Positions 21,046 through 31,260 of a stretch of 64,000 nucleotides of DNA are shown piece by piece; position 1 is the stretch's first letter; each line of letters starts with the position of its first letter. The notes under the pieces were generated by a model that saw nothing but the letters and a program-made list of their open reading frames with translations, was not told where the DNA came from and ran no database searches. The stretch covers positions 16,636-80,635 of the forward strand of contig CAYHCO010000011.1 in the NCBI GenBank assembly GCA_964355105.1, written 5' to 3'. The translations under genes and the position numbers were made by a program. The DNA comes from an uncultured Porphyromonadaceae bacterium (GTDB lineage: Bacteria > Bacteroidota > Bacteroidia > Bacteroidales > UBA12481).

Positions 21046-23747
21046 TTTTCAGTTAATATAAAACTCATGGGAGCAAAAGCGCCCAGATAAAAGGTAACCT
21101 GTCTGTTCCTTATGCGCAAGGCTTTGCCCTCTTTTTCTCCCCGGAAATTCACCGGAAGGGCCCTCACGGCTTTGCACCCCTCGGGCAACGATACTGTCAC
21201 TTCCCCAGCTGTACCGCCCTGTTCCCAAACCCTAAGCAATGTTCCTCCTGAGCCGTCGAAATCCTTGCCAAAAGCGGTTACCGAAATACCGGACCTTGAC
21301 AACCGCAGACCCTCCCGCTCCTTCGGCAGACCGCCGCCCTGACCATCAGCCAGGTATGCTTGCAAAGGCATACGAGCCTCCATCGACGGAGAAACCAGGG
21401 CACTGTTCGCATCGTCCTCCCGGTTAAAGGTCCGGATACGCACGCGGGAACTCCAGCTGCCCGGGTACCAATAACGGAAGTTAGTGTTCCACTGGTTGTT
21501 ATAGAGGTTAACATACACAATTGGTTTCTTTGGAACGTAATCCATGGAGAATTTCCAGCAGCCGGGCACACCAAGACTTACCAGCGGATGATCCAGCGGA
21601 CAAACAGCAATCCCTGAACCATCGGGCCCTGTTATTGTTACTCCCGTTCCGGTGGTATACAGATGGCGGTTGGCCCCGGCCAGGATCTCCTCCGGATTCA
21701 TGAATCCGAGGTTTCTACCGACCCTGAAAGAGGGATCCCTCACTTTAAAAGGCAGGCAAAGCCAATCAGCTTCTGGCCAGTTGTCCTTTGCTTTAACCTT
21801 AATGAAGATTTCCATATCCACATAAGCCTGATCATTGTCCAGTCTGATACGCAACTCTGTGGCAGGCAGATGATTTGCAGTATCGCCCGGCATGTTAAGG
21901 ATGGCGGTTTCTCCGGCGGCATCCCTCGTAATTTTCAGATTACCTCCGGTTGGCGAAGCTGCGCGATACGGAACCACCTTTTCGGAGATCATCCCCGGTT
22001 TAAACATTCCCGGATGGGGCCAATCCTTGTCGGCTGGATTACCGAACGATCCCATTGCACGACCCTGCTGGTACTTGTACGTGTAGGCAAGGGTCTGCTC
22101 CAGGGTAAAACGCTCGTTCATATACTGACCCAATCCCTGTTCGGCTTCGGCATCCACCCATTCCCTGCCGGTAAGCTTGTCGATAAAGGAAGAAACAATT
22201 CCGCGTGCAGGGTCGAAGGCAACCTTGAAATATTTGTTTTCAATGCTGTTGCCTGAAATATCTGAAGGATCCGATGAAGTAACCTGATCCATGGGAAAGG
22301 TTTTGTACCCTCCGGCGGGGACCTCATTTGCCAGCATGAAATGATCCGGCTGTCCGGGAATTTCAATTCGTCCGGATCGTGACCAGGGAAGGGGATTGTA
22401 AACGACCACGCGCGGCCCATTCTGGTTTACGCCCCTGGCCAGGGCACTCATATCTGTTTGAAGAATATCATTAGTGATACTGCTGGCAGTAATAATGTAA
22501 TTGGTTTTATCCTCCCATGAAGCTTCCAGGTCGCTATACTTGCCGGCCGGAACTTTTGTAAAGGCCTCTCCGAATTCCTCCACACTGGTGTATCCTCCCC
22601 AGGTATGTTCGTCGTAAAGCATGCACTGTTCAAAAGCTTTATTAATTCCGGCCGATGGGTCCGATACCGGAAGGCCCCAGTATCGTAATTGCGTGCTGAG
22701 TGCTTCGGTGGCCGGGATGAGAGGCTGAAGGGCGCGGGCGAGCTTTTGTCCCCCCGGGTCGCACATCACGCCGTGTATCCAGGTATCTGGAGCCTCTGCA
22801 CGAACGATCGGCAAATCTGCTTTTGAATCAATAATTGCCTGCGCAAAGTCTTCCATCCGTCCCATGCGGATTTTTATGTTGGGATATTTTTGACGGACTT
22901 CCTCAAACATAGGCTTAAGGTCCTTGGCAAGAGGAGGTCCGGTATTATCACCGGTAACAATGATTGCCAGCCACACCTTGTGGGGCCAGCCTGGAGGAGG
23001 CAACAAATTAATGCCTATGCTTCCGGGTTGTTCCCGGCCCTCGCCTTTGCCGAAAGCCTTGGGCCAAAATGCAGTACAGGTACCATAAATCGAGGAATAC
23101 AAAGCAAGTACTCGCGATCCATCGGGTCCTTCCCACCAGAAAAGATCAGGGTATTGAACCGAGCCGGATGGCCAGTTGCATCCCATATGAATGAATTTTA
23201 CTCCTCCGTGCGACAAGGCCGCGGCCAATAACCTGGAATGTGAGGGAACATCCGTCATTTTAGCATCCCTCGACAAAGGCAGACCGTATTTCCTGCTTAC
23301 AGTCGAGGAAGACTGATAAGAGCGTGCAAGCAACTCAGGCGATACTACATCTGTTTCATAGGTAAACGGCATGGCATGCGTAACAAACCGGCCTGATCGG
23401 AAAGCCTGATCAATCCTCAGCCTCCGTTCAGGAGTTTGTCCGTTCCAGTCTTCCGTTACTTTGTCCATAACCCAGCCCGGACCGGTCCAGGTGAATTGTT
23501 GCTCCGATGGCATGTCTTTGGATTGGTCGAGGTTATCAAGGGCCTTGTCGATCATCTCCGTACGGTAATAATCCACAATCTCGTTGACCCGGTGGGTATA
23601 CCCGATATCGAAATGGGTTTTGCACACCACGATGATCTCCTCCACCTTTGATCCTGATGCATCCTTTGAATGACTGCCGGTGCATTGCTGGAAAAAAGGC
23701 AAAATGATCAGGCAGAGAAGAGGGATGAATTTGCGGTTTACTCTCAT
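21042..23747 (-). CDS. GH38-like glycoside hydrolase (alpha-mannosidase superfamily)
   Basis: 901 aa with a signal/lipoprotein N-terminus (FFQQCTG). VVCKTHFDIGYTH and KMTDVPSHSRLL resemble the GH38 N-domain H-x-D and DPFGHS motifs. 4-nt overlap with the downstream sulfatase. Confidence 0.55.
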   Translation of the reverse strand: MRVNRKFIPLLCLIILPFFQQCTGSHSKDASGSKVEEIIVVCKTHFDIGYTHRVNEIVDYYRTEMIDKALDNLDQSKDMPSEQQFTWTGPGWVMDKVTEDWNGQTPERRLRIDQAFRSGRFVTHAMPFTYETDVVSPELLARSYQSSSTVSRKYGLPLSRDAKMTDVPSHSRLLAAALSHGGVKFIHMGCNWPSGSVQYPDLFWWEGPDGSRVLALYSSIYGTCTAFWPKAFGKGEGREQPGSIGINLLPPPGWPHKVWLAIIVTGDNTGPPLAKDLKPMFEEVRQKYPNIKIRMGRMEDFAQAIIDSKADLPIVRAEAPDTWIHGVMCDPGGQKLARALQPLIPATEALSTQLRYWGLPVSDPSAGINKAFEQCMLYDEHTWGGYTSVEEFGEAFTKVPAGKYSDLEASWEDKTNYIITASSITNDILQTDMSALARGVNQNGPRVVVYNPLPWSRSGRIEIPGQPDHFMLANEVPAGGYKTFPMDQVTSSDPSDISGNSIENKYFKVAFDPARGIVSSFIDKLTGREWVDAEAEQGLGQYMNERFTLEQTLAYTYKYQQGRAMGSFGNPADKDWPHPGMFKPGMISEKVVPYRAASPTGGNLKITRDAAGETAILNMPGDTANHLPATELRIRLDNDQAYVDMEIFIKVKAKDNWPEADWLCLPFKVRDPSFRVGRNLGFMNPEEILAGANRHLYTTGTGVTITGPDGSGIAVCPLDHPLVSLGVPGCWKFSMDYVPKKPIVYVNLYNNQWNTNFRYWYPGSWSSRVRIRTFNREDDANSALVSPSMEARMPLQAYLADGQGGGLPKEREGLRLSRSGISVTAFGKDFDGSGGTLLRVWEQGGTAGEVTVSLPEGCKAVRALPVNFRGEKEGKALRIRNRQVTFYLGAFAPMSFILTEK

Positions 23748-23792
23748 CGGGTATGGATTTTATTCATAAGTCGGTTAGTCTGGAAAATCTTA

Positions 23793-25583
23793 TCAGTTTA
23801 TCTGAACCAATTGCAAAGATCTGAAATACATCAGGTAATGATCGAGCTGATAATCAGGATATAGACGGAACAGGATCTCTCCTTTTCCGGATAGCTTCAT
23901 CTGTCCGATCTTCTCCGTTTTATATTCATACCAGCCCGGACTGGATTTTACCGTACCCGTGACCTCTTCCTTACCAGCACTAACCTTGTATCTGCAATTT
24001 TCCCATCCGGGAATCGCGGCATAGGTTATGGAAACTTCAAACATTCCCGCGTCTGCCATGTTAACGTGCCATTCGATCACATCATCGGGTCCTTCCATTT
24101 TTGAAATGTGGAACTGGCCCTCTTCTCCTTTACGGTTGAATCTCTTTACTGCTTTGCCACGCGTGGAGGCGCTAAGGTAGTCCAGCACAATAGGTTCGCC
24201 GCCCTTCTGCCTGACCACAAGGGGTTTAATATCAGGCTGTCCGTCGATTTTCAATACGACGACAGAATTGATCGTATCGGGCCGGGATTCAGGTAAAGTG
24301 ATCAGCGACTGCCCACTTTCCTCCCGATCAACTTTTAAGCTCACTTCCTTGTCAGTCAACATATAAGCCTTTTGGATCCGGTTATTCATTCCCTCCAGTT
24401 TAAGCACACCATCAACCGGCCAGTCAAATACATGAAGATAAAGCAGATCACCCTTTCGTGTACAGAAACCCCACGGGAATTCAACCGGGAAAGGGGAGGG
24501 AGAGGTTCCGTAAATGCTTTCATTGTTCTTATTCATCCAATCGCCAACACTTTTAAGAATCGCAACTGAAGGCGCAGGAATGACGCCTTCACCTGTGGGC
24601 CCGACATTGAGCAGGTAATTTCCTCCCTTGCTTACAATGGCCACCATTCTTTTGATAATATCACGGGCCGGCTTCCAGTTCTGGTCGAACTTGCTGTATC
24701 CCCAGGTATCATTAAGAGTCTGCGGAGTTTCCCAGGCTTCCTCGATTCCTCCAACCGGCATTCCGTTATCTGTCAGACTCTGATAATCACCAAGCAGCTC
24801 CTGATCGTAATGCCCCACCCGGCCATTAACCAGGCAATTTGGCTGTAACGTATGAACCAGGTCGGCAAATTCCTTTCCCTGCTCCTGGGTGTACATTCCC
24901 CGGTCGAACCACACGATCCCGAGCGGGCCATAATTGGTGAGCAGTTCTTTCAATTGGGGAATGGCCTTGGTATCCAGGTATTTTCTGAACAGTTCCGGAT
25001 GATCCATCCTGTCGAGGTTGGTCTGTGAGGAATCGAAATCCCAGGTATTTCCGTACGCATATGGATTTTCCCAGTCCTCACGGTGGGAATAGTATACGCA
25101 GAATTTTATTCCGGCTTCCGCACAAGCCTCAGACAGCTCTTTGAGCGGATCTCTGCCGAATTTGGCATAATCAACTATATTGTAATCACTTACTTTAGAA
25201 TCGAACATCGCAAATCCATCATGGTGCTTGGATGTGATGATGATGTATTTCATGCCGGCATTCTTGGCCATGTCAACCCATTCGTGCGCATTGAACTTAA
25301 CCGGATTGAAAGAGGCGGACACCTTGCGGTATTCTTTAACCGGAATCTTAAACCGCTCCATGATCCATTCGGCTATATCTCCCTGCTCAATCCGCTTTCC
25401 GTTCCATTCACCGCCCAAAACCGAATAGGGGCCCCAGTGGATGAACATTCCGAACTTCCCGCTGCTGAACCATTCCGGAAGAGTCGACATCTTCGCGGCT
25501 TGAACATCAGAACTGTCGCCGGATTTCTGATGGGAACATGAAAGACTGAATAACGATATAGCAATCAGGATCTTTAACTTCAT
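23793..25583 (-). CDS. GH29 alpha-L-fucosidase with a C-terminal beta-sandwich domain
   Basis: FGMFIHWGPYSVLGGEW, KYIIITSKHHDGFAMFDS, GPLGIVWFD. Signal/lipoprotein N-terminus. Confidence 0.9.
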   Translation of the reverse strand: MKLKILIAISLFSLSCSHQKSGDSSDVQAAKMSTLPEWFSSGKFGMFIHWGPYSVLGGEWNGKRIEQGDIAEWIMERFKIPVKEYRKVSASFNPVKFNAHEWVDMAKNAGMKYIIITSKHHDGFAMFDSKVSDYNIVDYAKFGRDPLKELSEACAEAGIKFCVYYSHREDWENPYAYGNTWDFDSSQTNLDRMDHPELFRKYLDTKAIPQLKELLTNYGPLGIVWFDRGMYTQEQGKEFADLVHTLQPNCLVNGRVGHYDQELLGDYQSLTDNGMPVGGIEEAWETPQTLNDTWGYSKFDQNWKPARDIIKRMVAIVSKGGNYLLNVGPTGEGVIPAPSVAILKSVGDWMNKNNESIYGTSPSPFPVEFPWGFCTRKGDLLYLHVFDWPVDGVLKLEGMNNRIQKAYMLTDKEVSLKVDREESGQSLITLPESRPDTINSVVVLKIDGQPDIKPLVVRQKGGEPIVLDYLSASTRGKAVKRFNRKGEEGQFHISKMEGPDDVIEWHVNMADAGMFEVSITYAAIPGWENCRYKVSAGKEEVTGTVKSSPGWYEYKTEKIGQMKLSGKGEILFRLYPDYQLDHYLMYFRSLQLVQIN

Positions 25584-25639
25584 AAAACTTTTGATTTGAT
25601 CATTTTCAATACATTTTGTGAGGTTGACTCATGCAGGGT

Positions 25640-27340
25640 TCATTTAAGTTTAAGTTCTGCTTCCCTGATAATCCTTAGCCGAGCCATCTCCTCGGCCTGT
25701 TTTCGCAAAGTTTTCATGCTGGCCCGGTGCGCGGCGTATTCGTCAGGCAGATAAGGCCCTTCCGGATAATCCCAATTGTCCGATCGGAACAGGGGAACGG
25801 GAATGATGGAGTTTTCAGTATTTACCAGATTAGCCAGCGGATTGCGGGCCCAGGCATAACGAACCTCTATGGGGTCAGCCGTAAGCGGGTTACTGACCTC
25901 GATCCTCTTTTTATCATCAACCAGCTTGCCTTTATCGTCAGGTGTTTTCACATAAACCGCTTTAGCGGGAAAGAAATGGCGGTCATTTCCGGCAATGCAG
26001 AAACCTTCAATCGGACGGTCGTCCGAAGTTTTCACCTCCTTGTTGAATGTAACGACTATTTTGTCGCCGAGCCGCTCGATATTCGTACACCTGGCCGGTT
26101 CCCATCCCAGCTCAAATCCGTACAGCGTGGACAAAGCCCATCGGGCCATTCTTTCGCCGGCCTCCACCTTTTTTTGAGGGTGGTACCAGTTCACCTGCTG
26201 GTCGTAGGAGCAAACGTACCCCGTATTGGGAATATCGAGGAAGGCATTATACTGACCTTCACGGATATAGGGTGCGGGATCGAGCATCCTGAGTTCATAA
26301 TTCTCGCGTGTCTGAGGTTCACCCCCGGCACTGAATTCAATGATTCCGAAAGGCAAATCTTTATCGTTGAATGTTGATCTCCAGTCATTTATAAGTGTCT
26401 TGAAATTTAAAGCGTACTGTTTGGGGCGCGAATCTTCCAATGCGTTGTTGTAACCCTGATGAAATACGATCCCCTTAACAGTCAGACCGGCAAATACAGA
26501 AACCATTCCGGTATACGAGGATCCCGGGAAATTCCGGTCGTATGCGGGACTGGTCGACTTCTCGGTCGGTTTATAAGCTGCCACCTTATCATTCCATTGC
26601 TTAAGTAAAGCACTGTTTTCGGGCATGGCGGCCAGAGTCTCCGGCTTGAGCCAGGCTTCAACGGTGGTGCCGCCCACTGAGACATCAATCATCCCGATGG
26701 GTACCTGGCTGGCCATAAACAGGCGTCTGCCGAAAATATAGCCTAACCCTGAAAATGTGGGCACAGTTTCCGGGGTGCAGATAAACCAGAAACCCTTTTT
26801 ATCGTAGCGCTCATACCAGCCGTCATATTCGTTGATCCGTTCGAAATCTTTCTGCGGCTCAAGATTTGCCGAGCTCGGAATGGTCATCAGACGGATGTTC
26901 GGGAAATGGGCAGAGAGGATTTCAACATCCCCGTGAAAGATCCGGGCCAGGTCGAATTCCATATTGCTTTGCCCTCCGAGAACCCATACATCGCCAACCA
27001 GCACATTGGTGAACAGCACCGAGCTGGCTTTCCCCGACACTTTCATTTCCGCGCCCTGCGAATTGGCCGCCATCGGATCGAGGTGCAGCACCCATTGGCC
27101 CTGCTTATCGGCAACCACCGACTTGACCTGTCCCCCGAATTCAATTTTTACTTTTTCCTGCGGAGATGCGGATCCCCAGATCCTGACCGGTTTATCGCGC
27201 TGCAGCACCATATTGTTGTCGAAAATGTGTGCGGGACGAACCTGTGCCTGCAGTGCCAGGCTGATCAGGGAAATCGACACTAGCAGAACAGTTTTTATTA
27301 TTGCTAATCTTTTCATGGTTTTTCGCTTCAGGTAATTCAT
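25640..27340 (-). CDS. Sialate O-acetylesterase-like carbohydrate esterase (SGNH/DUF303 type)
   Basis: VGDVWVLGGQSNMEF is the characteristic GQSNM esterase motif. Signal peptide present. An alternative start is MKRLAII, 8 codons downstream. Confidence 0.8.
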   Translation of the reverse strand: MNYLKRKTMKRLAIIKTVLLVSISLISLALQAQVRPAHIFDNNMVLQRDKPVRIWGSASPQEKVKIEFGGQVKSVVADKQGQWVLHLDPMAANSQGAEMKVSGKASSVLFTNVLVGDVWVLGGQSNMEFDLARIFHGDVEILSAHFPNIRLMTIPSSANLEPQKDFERINEYDGWYERYDKKGFWFICTPETVPTFSGLGYIFGRRLFMASQVPIGMIDVSVGGTTVEAWLKPETLAAMPENSALLKQWNDKVAAYKPTEKSTSPAYDRNFPGSSYTGMVSVFAGLTVKGIVFHQGYNNALEDSRPKQYALNFKTLINDWRSTFNDKDLPFGIIEFSAGGEPQTRENYELRMLDPAPYIREGQYNAFLDIPNTGYVCSYDQQVNWYHPQKKVEAGERMARWALSTLYGFELGWEPARCTNIERLGDKIVVTFNKEVKTSDDRPIEGFCIAGNDRHFFPAKAVYVKTPDDKGKLVDDKKRIEVSNPLTADPIEVRYAWARNPLANLVNTENSIIPVPLFRSDNWDYPEGPYLPDEYAAHRASMKTLRKQAEEMARLRIIREAELKLK

Positions 27341-27349
27341 TGAAATTAG

Positions 27350-27377
27350 AAAAAAAATCAGGTCAATACGACCTGAT
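27350..27377 (-). terminator. Rho-independent terminator ending the cobalamin operon
   Basis: The minus strand reads ATCAGGTC-gtatt-GACCTGAT followed by T8. It lies 85 nt downstream of the cobQ stop and just upstream of the next gene's start. Confidence 0.75.
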
Positions 27378-27462
27378 GTTAAGATATTAGCCTAATGGGA
27401 TAAAGGCGTGTATCTATTTAGCTTCCGATGCCGGAATTTGTCATTTCCGTGTCCGCGCAACC

Positions 27463-28932
27463 TTAATCAGAAAGTACTTGATAAATTCTGTTAATATCCG
27501 AATTGCGCCTCACCAGATCTGCAAGTTTATTATACTGTTCATTTTTAAACCCGGCAATATCAAAAATCTTGTCCCTTTGGTTCAGTTCAGCTCCGGCAAT
27601 CCGATGAATAACGGCCTGGTTGTCGAAGATTCCATGAATATAGGTACCCCATGTTTTAGAATCCAAAAAGTAGCCGTCTGTTGTAGTTTGGGAAATATAG
27701 CAGAGAGGACTTTTCTGGCCGCAGGGCTCGGTAATTCCCATATGGATTTCGTATCCGGTGCATAAATCTTCAGAATCAAGAAACCTGAAGGTCGTCTGCA
27801 GAGTGGTTTTGACCTGGCTGAGGATAGTCCTGACCGGTAGAATTCCCAATCCGGGTATTCTTTCTATTTTTCCTTCAACATGATCCGGATCGGTGATTTC
27901 CGATCCCATCATCTGGTAACCTCCACAAATTCCATATAAGGCTATACCGTTGGCATGAGCCTTGATTATCGCAGATGCCATCCCTTTTTTTCTTAGCTCA
28001 TTCAGATCGGAAATCGTGTTTTTCGAGCCCGGGAGAATCATGATATCAGCTTCATTCAGGTCTTCGGGAGTTGCTGCGTAATACAAATTTATGTCGTCAA
28101 TTCGCTCAAGAAGATCGAAATCGGTGAAGTTCGACAGGTGATCCAACAATATCACCGCTATGTTGATCTTATCTTTTTTCGCCTGTCCGGATTTGGTTTT
28201 AAGAACCACGGAATCTTCGGCATCAATATAAATATCATCAAACCAGGGGATTATTCCGCTTACGGGTATACCAGTAAGTTCTTCCAGCATTTTCTTGCCG
28301 TTTTCAAAGAGCGACAGATCACCCCGAAACTTGTTGATGATAATTCCCTTGATAAGCTGTCTTTCCTCTGGCGGCAACAGCTCAATGGTACCGTATACAC
28401 TGCCGAAAAGTCCTCCCCGGTCAATATCGGCTACCAGGAACACAGCAGCCTGCTTTTCCAGGGCAACCCTCATATTTGTTATGTCGCGGTCTTTCAGGTT
28501 AATCTCAGATATGCTGCCCGCACCCTCAATCACTATAGGATTATATTTCCGGCTGAGGGTTGTGTAGGCTTTCATAACCTCTGCAAATAAGTGATTCCGA
28601 TCTGTTTCATTAAAGTATTCCCTTGCAGAAAAATTCCCGGCGGGCTTGCCGTGCAAAACAATTTGTGCATCCGTATTGCCTGTTGGTTTCAGTAATACCG
28701 GGTTCATTTCCACTTCACAATCAATCCCGCAGGCTTCGGCCTGAACTGCCTGGGCCCTTCCGATCTCCAAACCTTCGGGTGTTACAAAACTATTCAGCGA
28801 CATGTTTTGCGCCTTGAAAGGAGCTGGATGATAACCATCCTGCCAGAATATTCTGCAAAAAGCAGTATTGATGATGCTTTTCCCGACATCAGAACCAGTG
28901 CCGACAAACATGATTGGTTTTAGAGAATTCAT
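27463..28932 (-). CDS. cobQ: Cobyric acid synthase
   Basis: 489 aa. MFVGTGSDVGKS P-loop-like N-terminus, FKAQNMSLNS, and a C-terminal glutamine amidotransferase part (GICGGYQMMG). Confidence 0.9.
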   Translation of the reverse strand: MNSLKPIMFVGTGSDVGKSIINTAFCRIFWQDGYHPAPFKAQNMSLNSFVTPEGLEIGRAQAVQAEACGIDCEVEMNPVLLKPTGNTDAQIVLHGKPAGNFSAREYFNETDRNHLFAEVMKAYTTLSRKYNPIVIEGAGSISEINLKDRDITNMRVALEKQAAVFLVADIDRGGLFGSVYGTIELLPPEERQLIKGIIINKFRGDLSLFENGKKMLEELTGIPVSGIIPWFDDIYIDAEDSVVLKTKSGQAKKDKINIAVILLDHLSNFTDFDLLERIDDINLYYAATPEDLNEADIMILPGSKNTISDLNELRKKGMASAIIKAHANGIALYGICGGYQMMGSEITDPDHVEGKIERIPGLGILPVRTILSQVKTTLQTTFRFLDSEDLCTGYEIHMGITEPCGQKSPLCYISQTTTDGYFLDSKTWGTYIHGIFDNQAVIHRIAGAELNQRDKIFDIAGFKNEQYNKLADLVRRNSDINRIYQVLSD

Positions 28933-29483
28933 ATCATCTGTTTTTCCCGGGTAGTTACCTCAAAAATATTTCCGGGTTCTATTTTCCACTTGAAAGCATC
29001 TTTTAATGGTAAATTGTCGAGAAGATAGGCAAATGCACGGATCGGACCCCCATGAGTTACGATTGCTACCTGCTTGAAATCAGTATTCTCAAGATTATCA
29101 GAGATGAACGACCGGATCCTTTGAATCATCTCCATTCCTGATTCTCCGCCCGGACAAGCCTCAGTCCAGAAGTCGTTAAACCATTTCTCGGAACCGGGTA
29201 AAGCGCTTATTTCGTTCCAGTATTTTCCTTCCCAATGTCCGAAGTTCAATTCCATCAATCTGGGATCGGTCCGGTACCCACAATCCCTTGCTATTCTGGC
29301 AGCTAGCCTGGTGCATCTTTTTAAAGGACTGGAAAAAACAGCATCCAAACGGATATCATCAATACTCGATTGAACCATTTCAGCTTCAACAGGAAAAGTG
29401 GAGCTGAGTCCCACATCGGTTTGTCCGTAGCACAAACCTTTTGGGCTATCAACAGAAGTATGTCTGATCAAAAACAATTTCAT
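28929..29483 (-). CDS. cobC: Alpha-ribazole phosphatase (histidine phosphatase family)
   Basis: LIRHTS (RHG-type motif), VTHGGPIR. Located between cobS and cobQ, with 4-nt overlaps on both sides. Confidence 0.8.
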   Translation of the reverse strand: MKLFLIRHTSVDSPKGLCYGQTDVGLSSTFPVEAEMVQSSIDDIRLDAVFSSPLKRCTRLAARIARDCGYRTDPRLMELNFGHWEGKYWNEISALPGSEKWFNDFWTEACPGGESGMEMIQRIRSFISDNLENTDFKQVAIVTHGGPIRAFAYLLDNLPLKDAFKWKIEPGNIFEVTTREKQMI

Positions 29484-30247
29484 ATCAGCAATTTTTGGGC
29501 TAGGATTACGGCGCAGTAAAAAACCAATTCAGATAATTGTTGCAGTGCGCCGAGCACATCTCCAGTATAGCCTCCGATTTTCCGGTTTACATACCATCGA
29601 AATCCAAGAAAAAAAAGAAAATTACCGGGTATGATAATCAGGAGGTAACTCGGTGGCAGTAAAGGTATCAATCCAATTCCGGAGATTATTGCAAACACCA
29701 AACCAGACAGGCTTTGCCGGGTTGCCACCGGTTTAAACTTACCGGATGAGTCTGTCCTGACATAAGTTGCGGTCTGGATCATCAGAACAGGAAAAATGCG
29801 ACTAAACATTTGAGCTGTAATGATTAACAAAGGCAGGGTTTCGATCCGGACTTCCATCAGGAAAGCAAACTTCAAAGCCAGGGCAGCTAACAGGGCTATA
29901 GCTCCAAAAGTTCCGATCCGGCTGTCTTTCATGATCTCCAGGATTTTCTCCGGGGTTTGCCCACCTCCGAATCCGTCGAAAGTATCGGCTAGTCCATCTT
30001 CATGAAAAGCCCCGGTAATCAAAATAGAAACCGTAATTGCTAACAACAGGGAAATGGCAGTTGAAAATATTGTATGCGTACCGAGAAAGACACCCGCGGA
30101 GATTCCCCCGGTAATCAGCCCGATTAGAGGAAAATACCGGGTGCTCCTGTTCAGGTTTTCATCGGAATACTTAAGAAACCGTGATACCGGTATCCGGGTG
30201 TACAGCTGGATGGCCGTTAAGAAAACCTGAATCTCCCTTCTGATCAT
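29480..30247 (-). CDS. cobS: Adenosylcobinamide-GDP ribazoletransferase (cobalamin synthase)
   Basis: Polytopic membrane protein with QLYTRIPV, FHEDGLADTFDG and GGYTGDVLGA. The track ORF extends to 30295, overlapping cobT. The internal MIRREIQ start lies 1 nt after the cobT stop. Confidence 0.85.
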   Translation of the reverse strand: MIRREIQVFLTAIQLYTRIPVSRFLKYSDENLNRSTRYFPLIGLITGGISAGVFLGTHTIFSTAISLLLAITVSILITGAFHEDGLADTFDGFGGGQTPEKILEIMKDSRIGTFGAIALLAALALKFAFLMEVRIETLPLLIITAQMFSRIFPVLMIQTATYVRTDSSGKFKPVATRQSLSGLVFAIISGIGLIPLLPPSYLLIIIPGNFLFFLGFRWYVNRKIGGYTGDVLGALQQLSELVFYCAVILAQKLLI

Positions 30248-30248
30248 G

Positions 30249-31247
30249 TTATTCCTTGTTTGATACACCAGCGTCCTGAAAGCTGGCCATTTCATTCAGA
30301 AAATTTACTGCCGACAGGATCAGGGGATAACATATTGCCGCACCGGTTCCTTCTCCTAGCCTCATTCCAAGATTCAGCAATGGTTCTACACCGAGGTATC
30401 GCAACATGGAACGATGTCCCTGCTCATCGGAAACATGGCAAAAGATGCAGTTATCGAGTATGGCCGGATTGATTTCCGAGGTTACCAACAATGCAGAGGT
30501 GGCGATGAATCCATCAATCAGAAGGATCATTCCCCTTTCGCCTGCTTCCAGCATTGCACCACACATCATGGCAATCTCAAATCCCCCGAAAGTCCGAAGG
30601 ATTTCCATGGCATCGGTCGTTTGATACTTTTCGGAAGCTTGTTCCAGAATTTCCTTCTTTTTCTGAAGACCCTCATCATCATGTCCGGTGCCTCTTCCAA
30701 CACAATCCCGGATAGGAATACCTGTAATTTTATTCATGATCAGGGAAGCTGAGGAAGTATTTCCTATACCCATTTCACCAAAGCCGATAATATTACATCC
30801 ATTGGATTGCTCCTGCACCACAAGCGCGCGTCCGGCATGAATTGCCCGATCGCACTCTACGGATGACATGGCCGGCTGTTTCATGAAGTTTTTTGTTCCG
30901 CGTGCGATTTTAGCATGAATAAGACCGTGAATGCCTGTAAAATCATGATCCACTCCGGCATCGATAACTTTCAGTGAAATGTCATGCTGGCGGCAAAAAA
31001 CATTTATTGCTGCACCTCCCGAGAGAAAGTTCATGACCATTTGGTAAGTTACCTCTTTTGGATAAAGGCTCACTCCCTCATCTGTCGATCCGTGATCTCC
31101 TGCAAAAACCAGAATTGCCGGATTTGCCAGTTGTGGCGAAAGGGTGTTCTGGAGGGTGCCAATCTTTAAAGCAATATCTTCAAGTCGACCCAAAGCCCCA
31201 AGCGGCTTGGTCTTAAAATCGATTTTCTTCTTAAGTTCTTCAATCAT
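30249..31247 (-). CDS. cobT: Nicotinate-nucleotide--dimethylbenzimidazole phosphoribosyltransferase
   Basis: LGRLEDIA, VFAGDHG, GEMGIGNTSSAS, GEGTGA. Confidence 0.9.
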   Translation of the reverse strand: MIEELKKKIDFKTKPLGALGRLEDIALKIGTLQNTLSPQLANPAILVFAGDHGSTDEGVSLYPKEVTYQMVMNFLSGGAAINVFCRQHDISLKVIDAGVDHDFTGIHGLIHAKIARGTKNFMKQPAMSSVECDRAIHAGRALVVQEQSNGCNIIGFGEMGIGNTSSASLIMNKITGIPIRDCVGRGTGHDDEGLQKKKEILEQASEKYQTTDAMEILRTFGGFEIAMMCGAMLEAGERGMILLIDGFIATSALLVTSEINPAILDNCIFCHVSDEQGHRSMLRYLGVEPLLNLGMRLGEGTGAAICYPLILSAVNFLNEMASFQDAGVSNKE

Positions 31248-31260
31248 TGGTTGGGTATAA

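Noticed and set aside
21663-22256. Long antisense ORFs opposite real genes, including 276..749, 1253..1768, 21663..22256, 25727..26377, 36343..36999, 41689..42462 and 49143..49670
   Set aside because: Each lies fully inside a longer opposite-strand gene with clear family motifs. Their translations are low-complexity or Arg/Pro/Gly-rich with no recognisable domains, which is typical of shadow ORFs in moderately GC-rich coding DNA.
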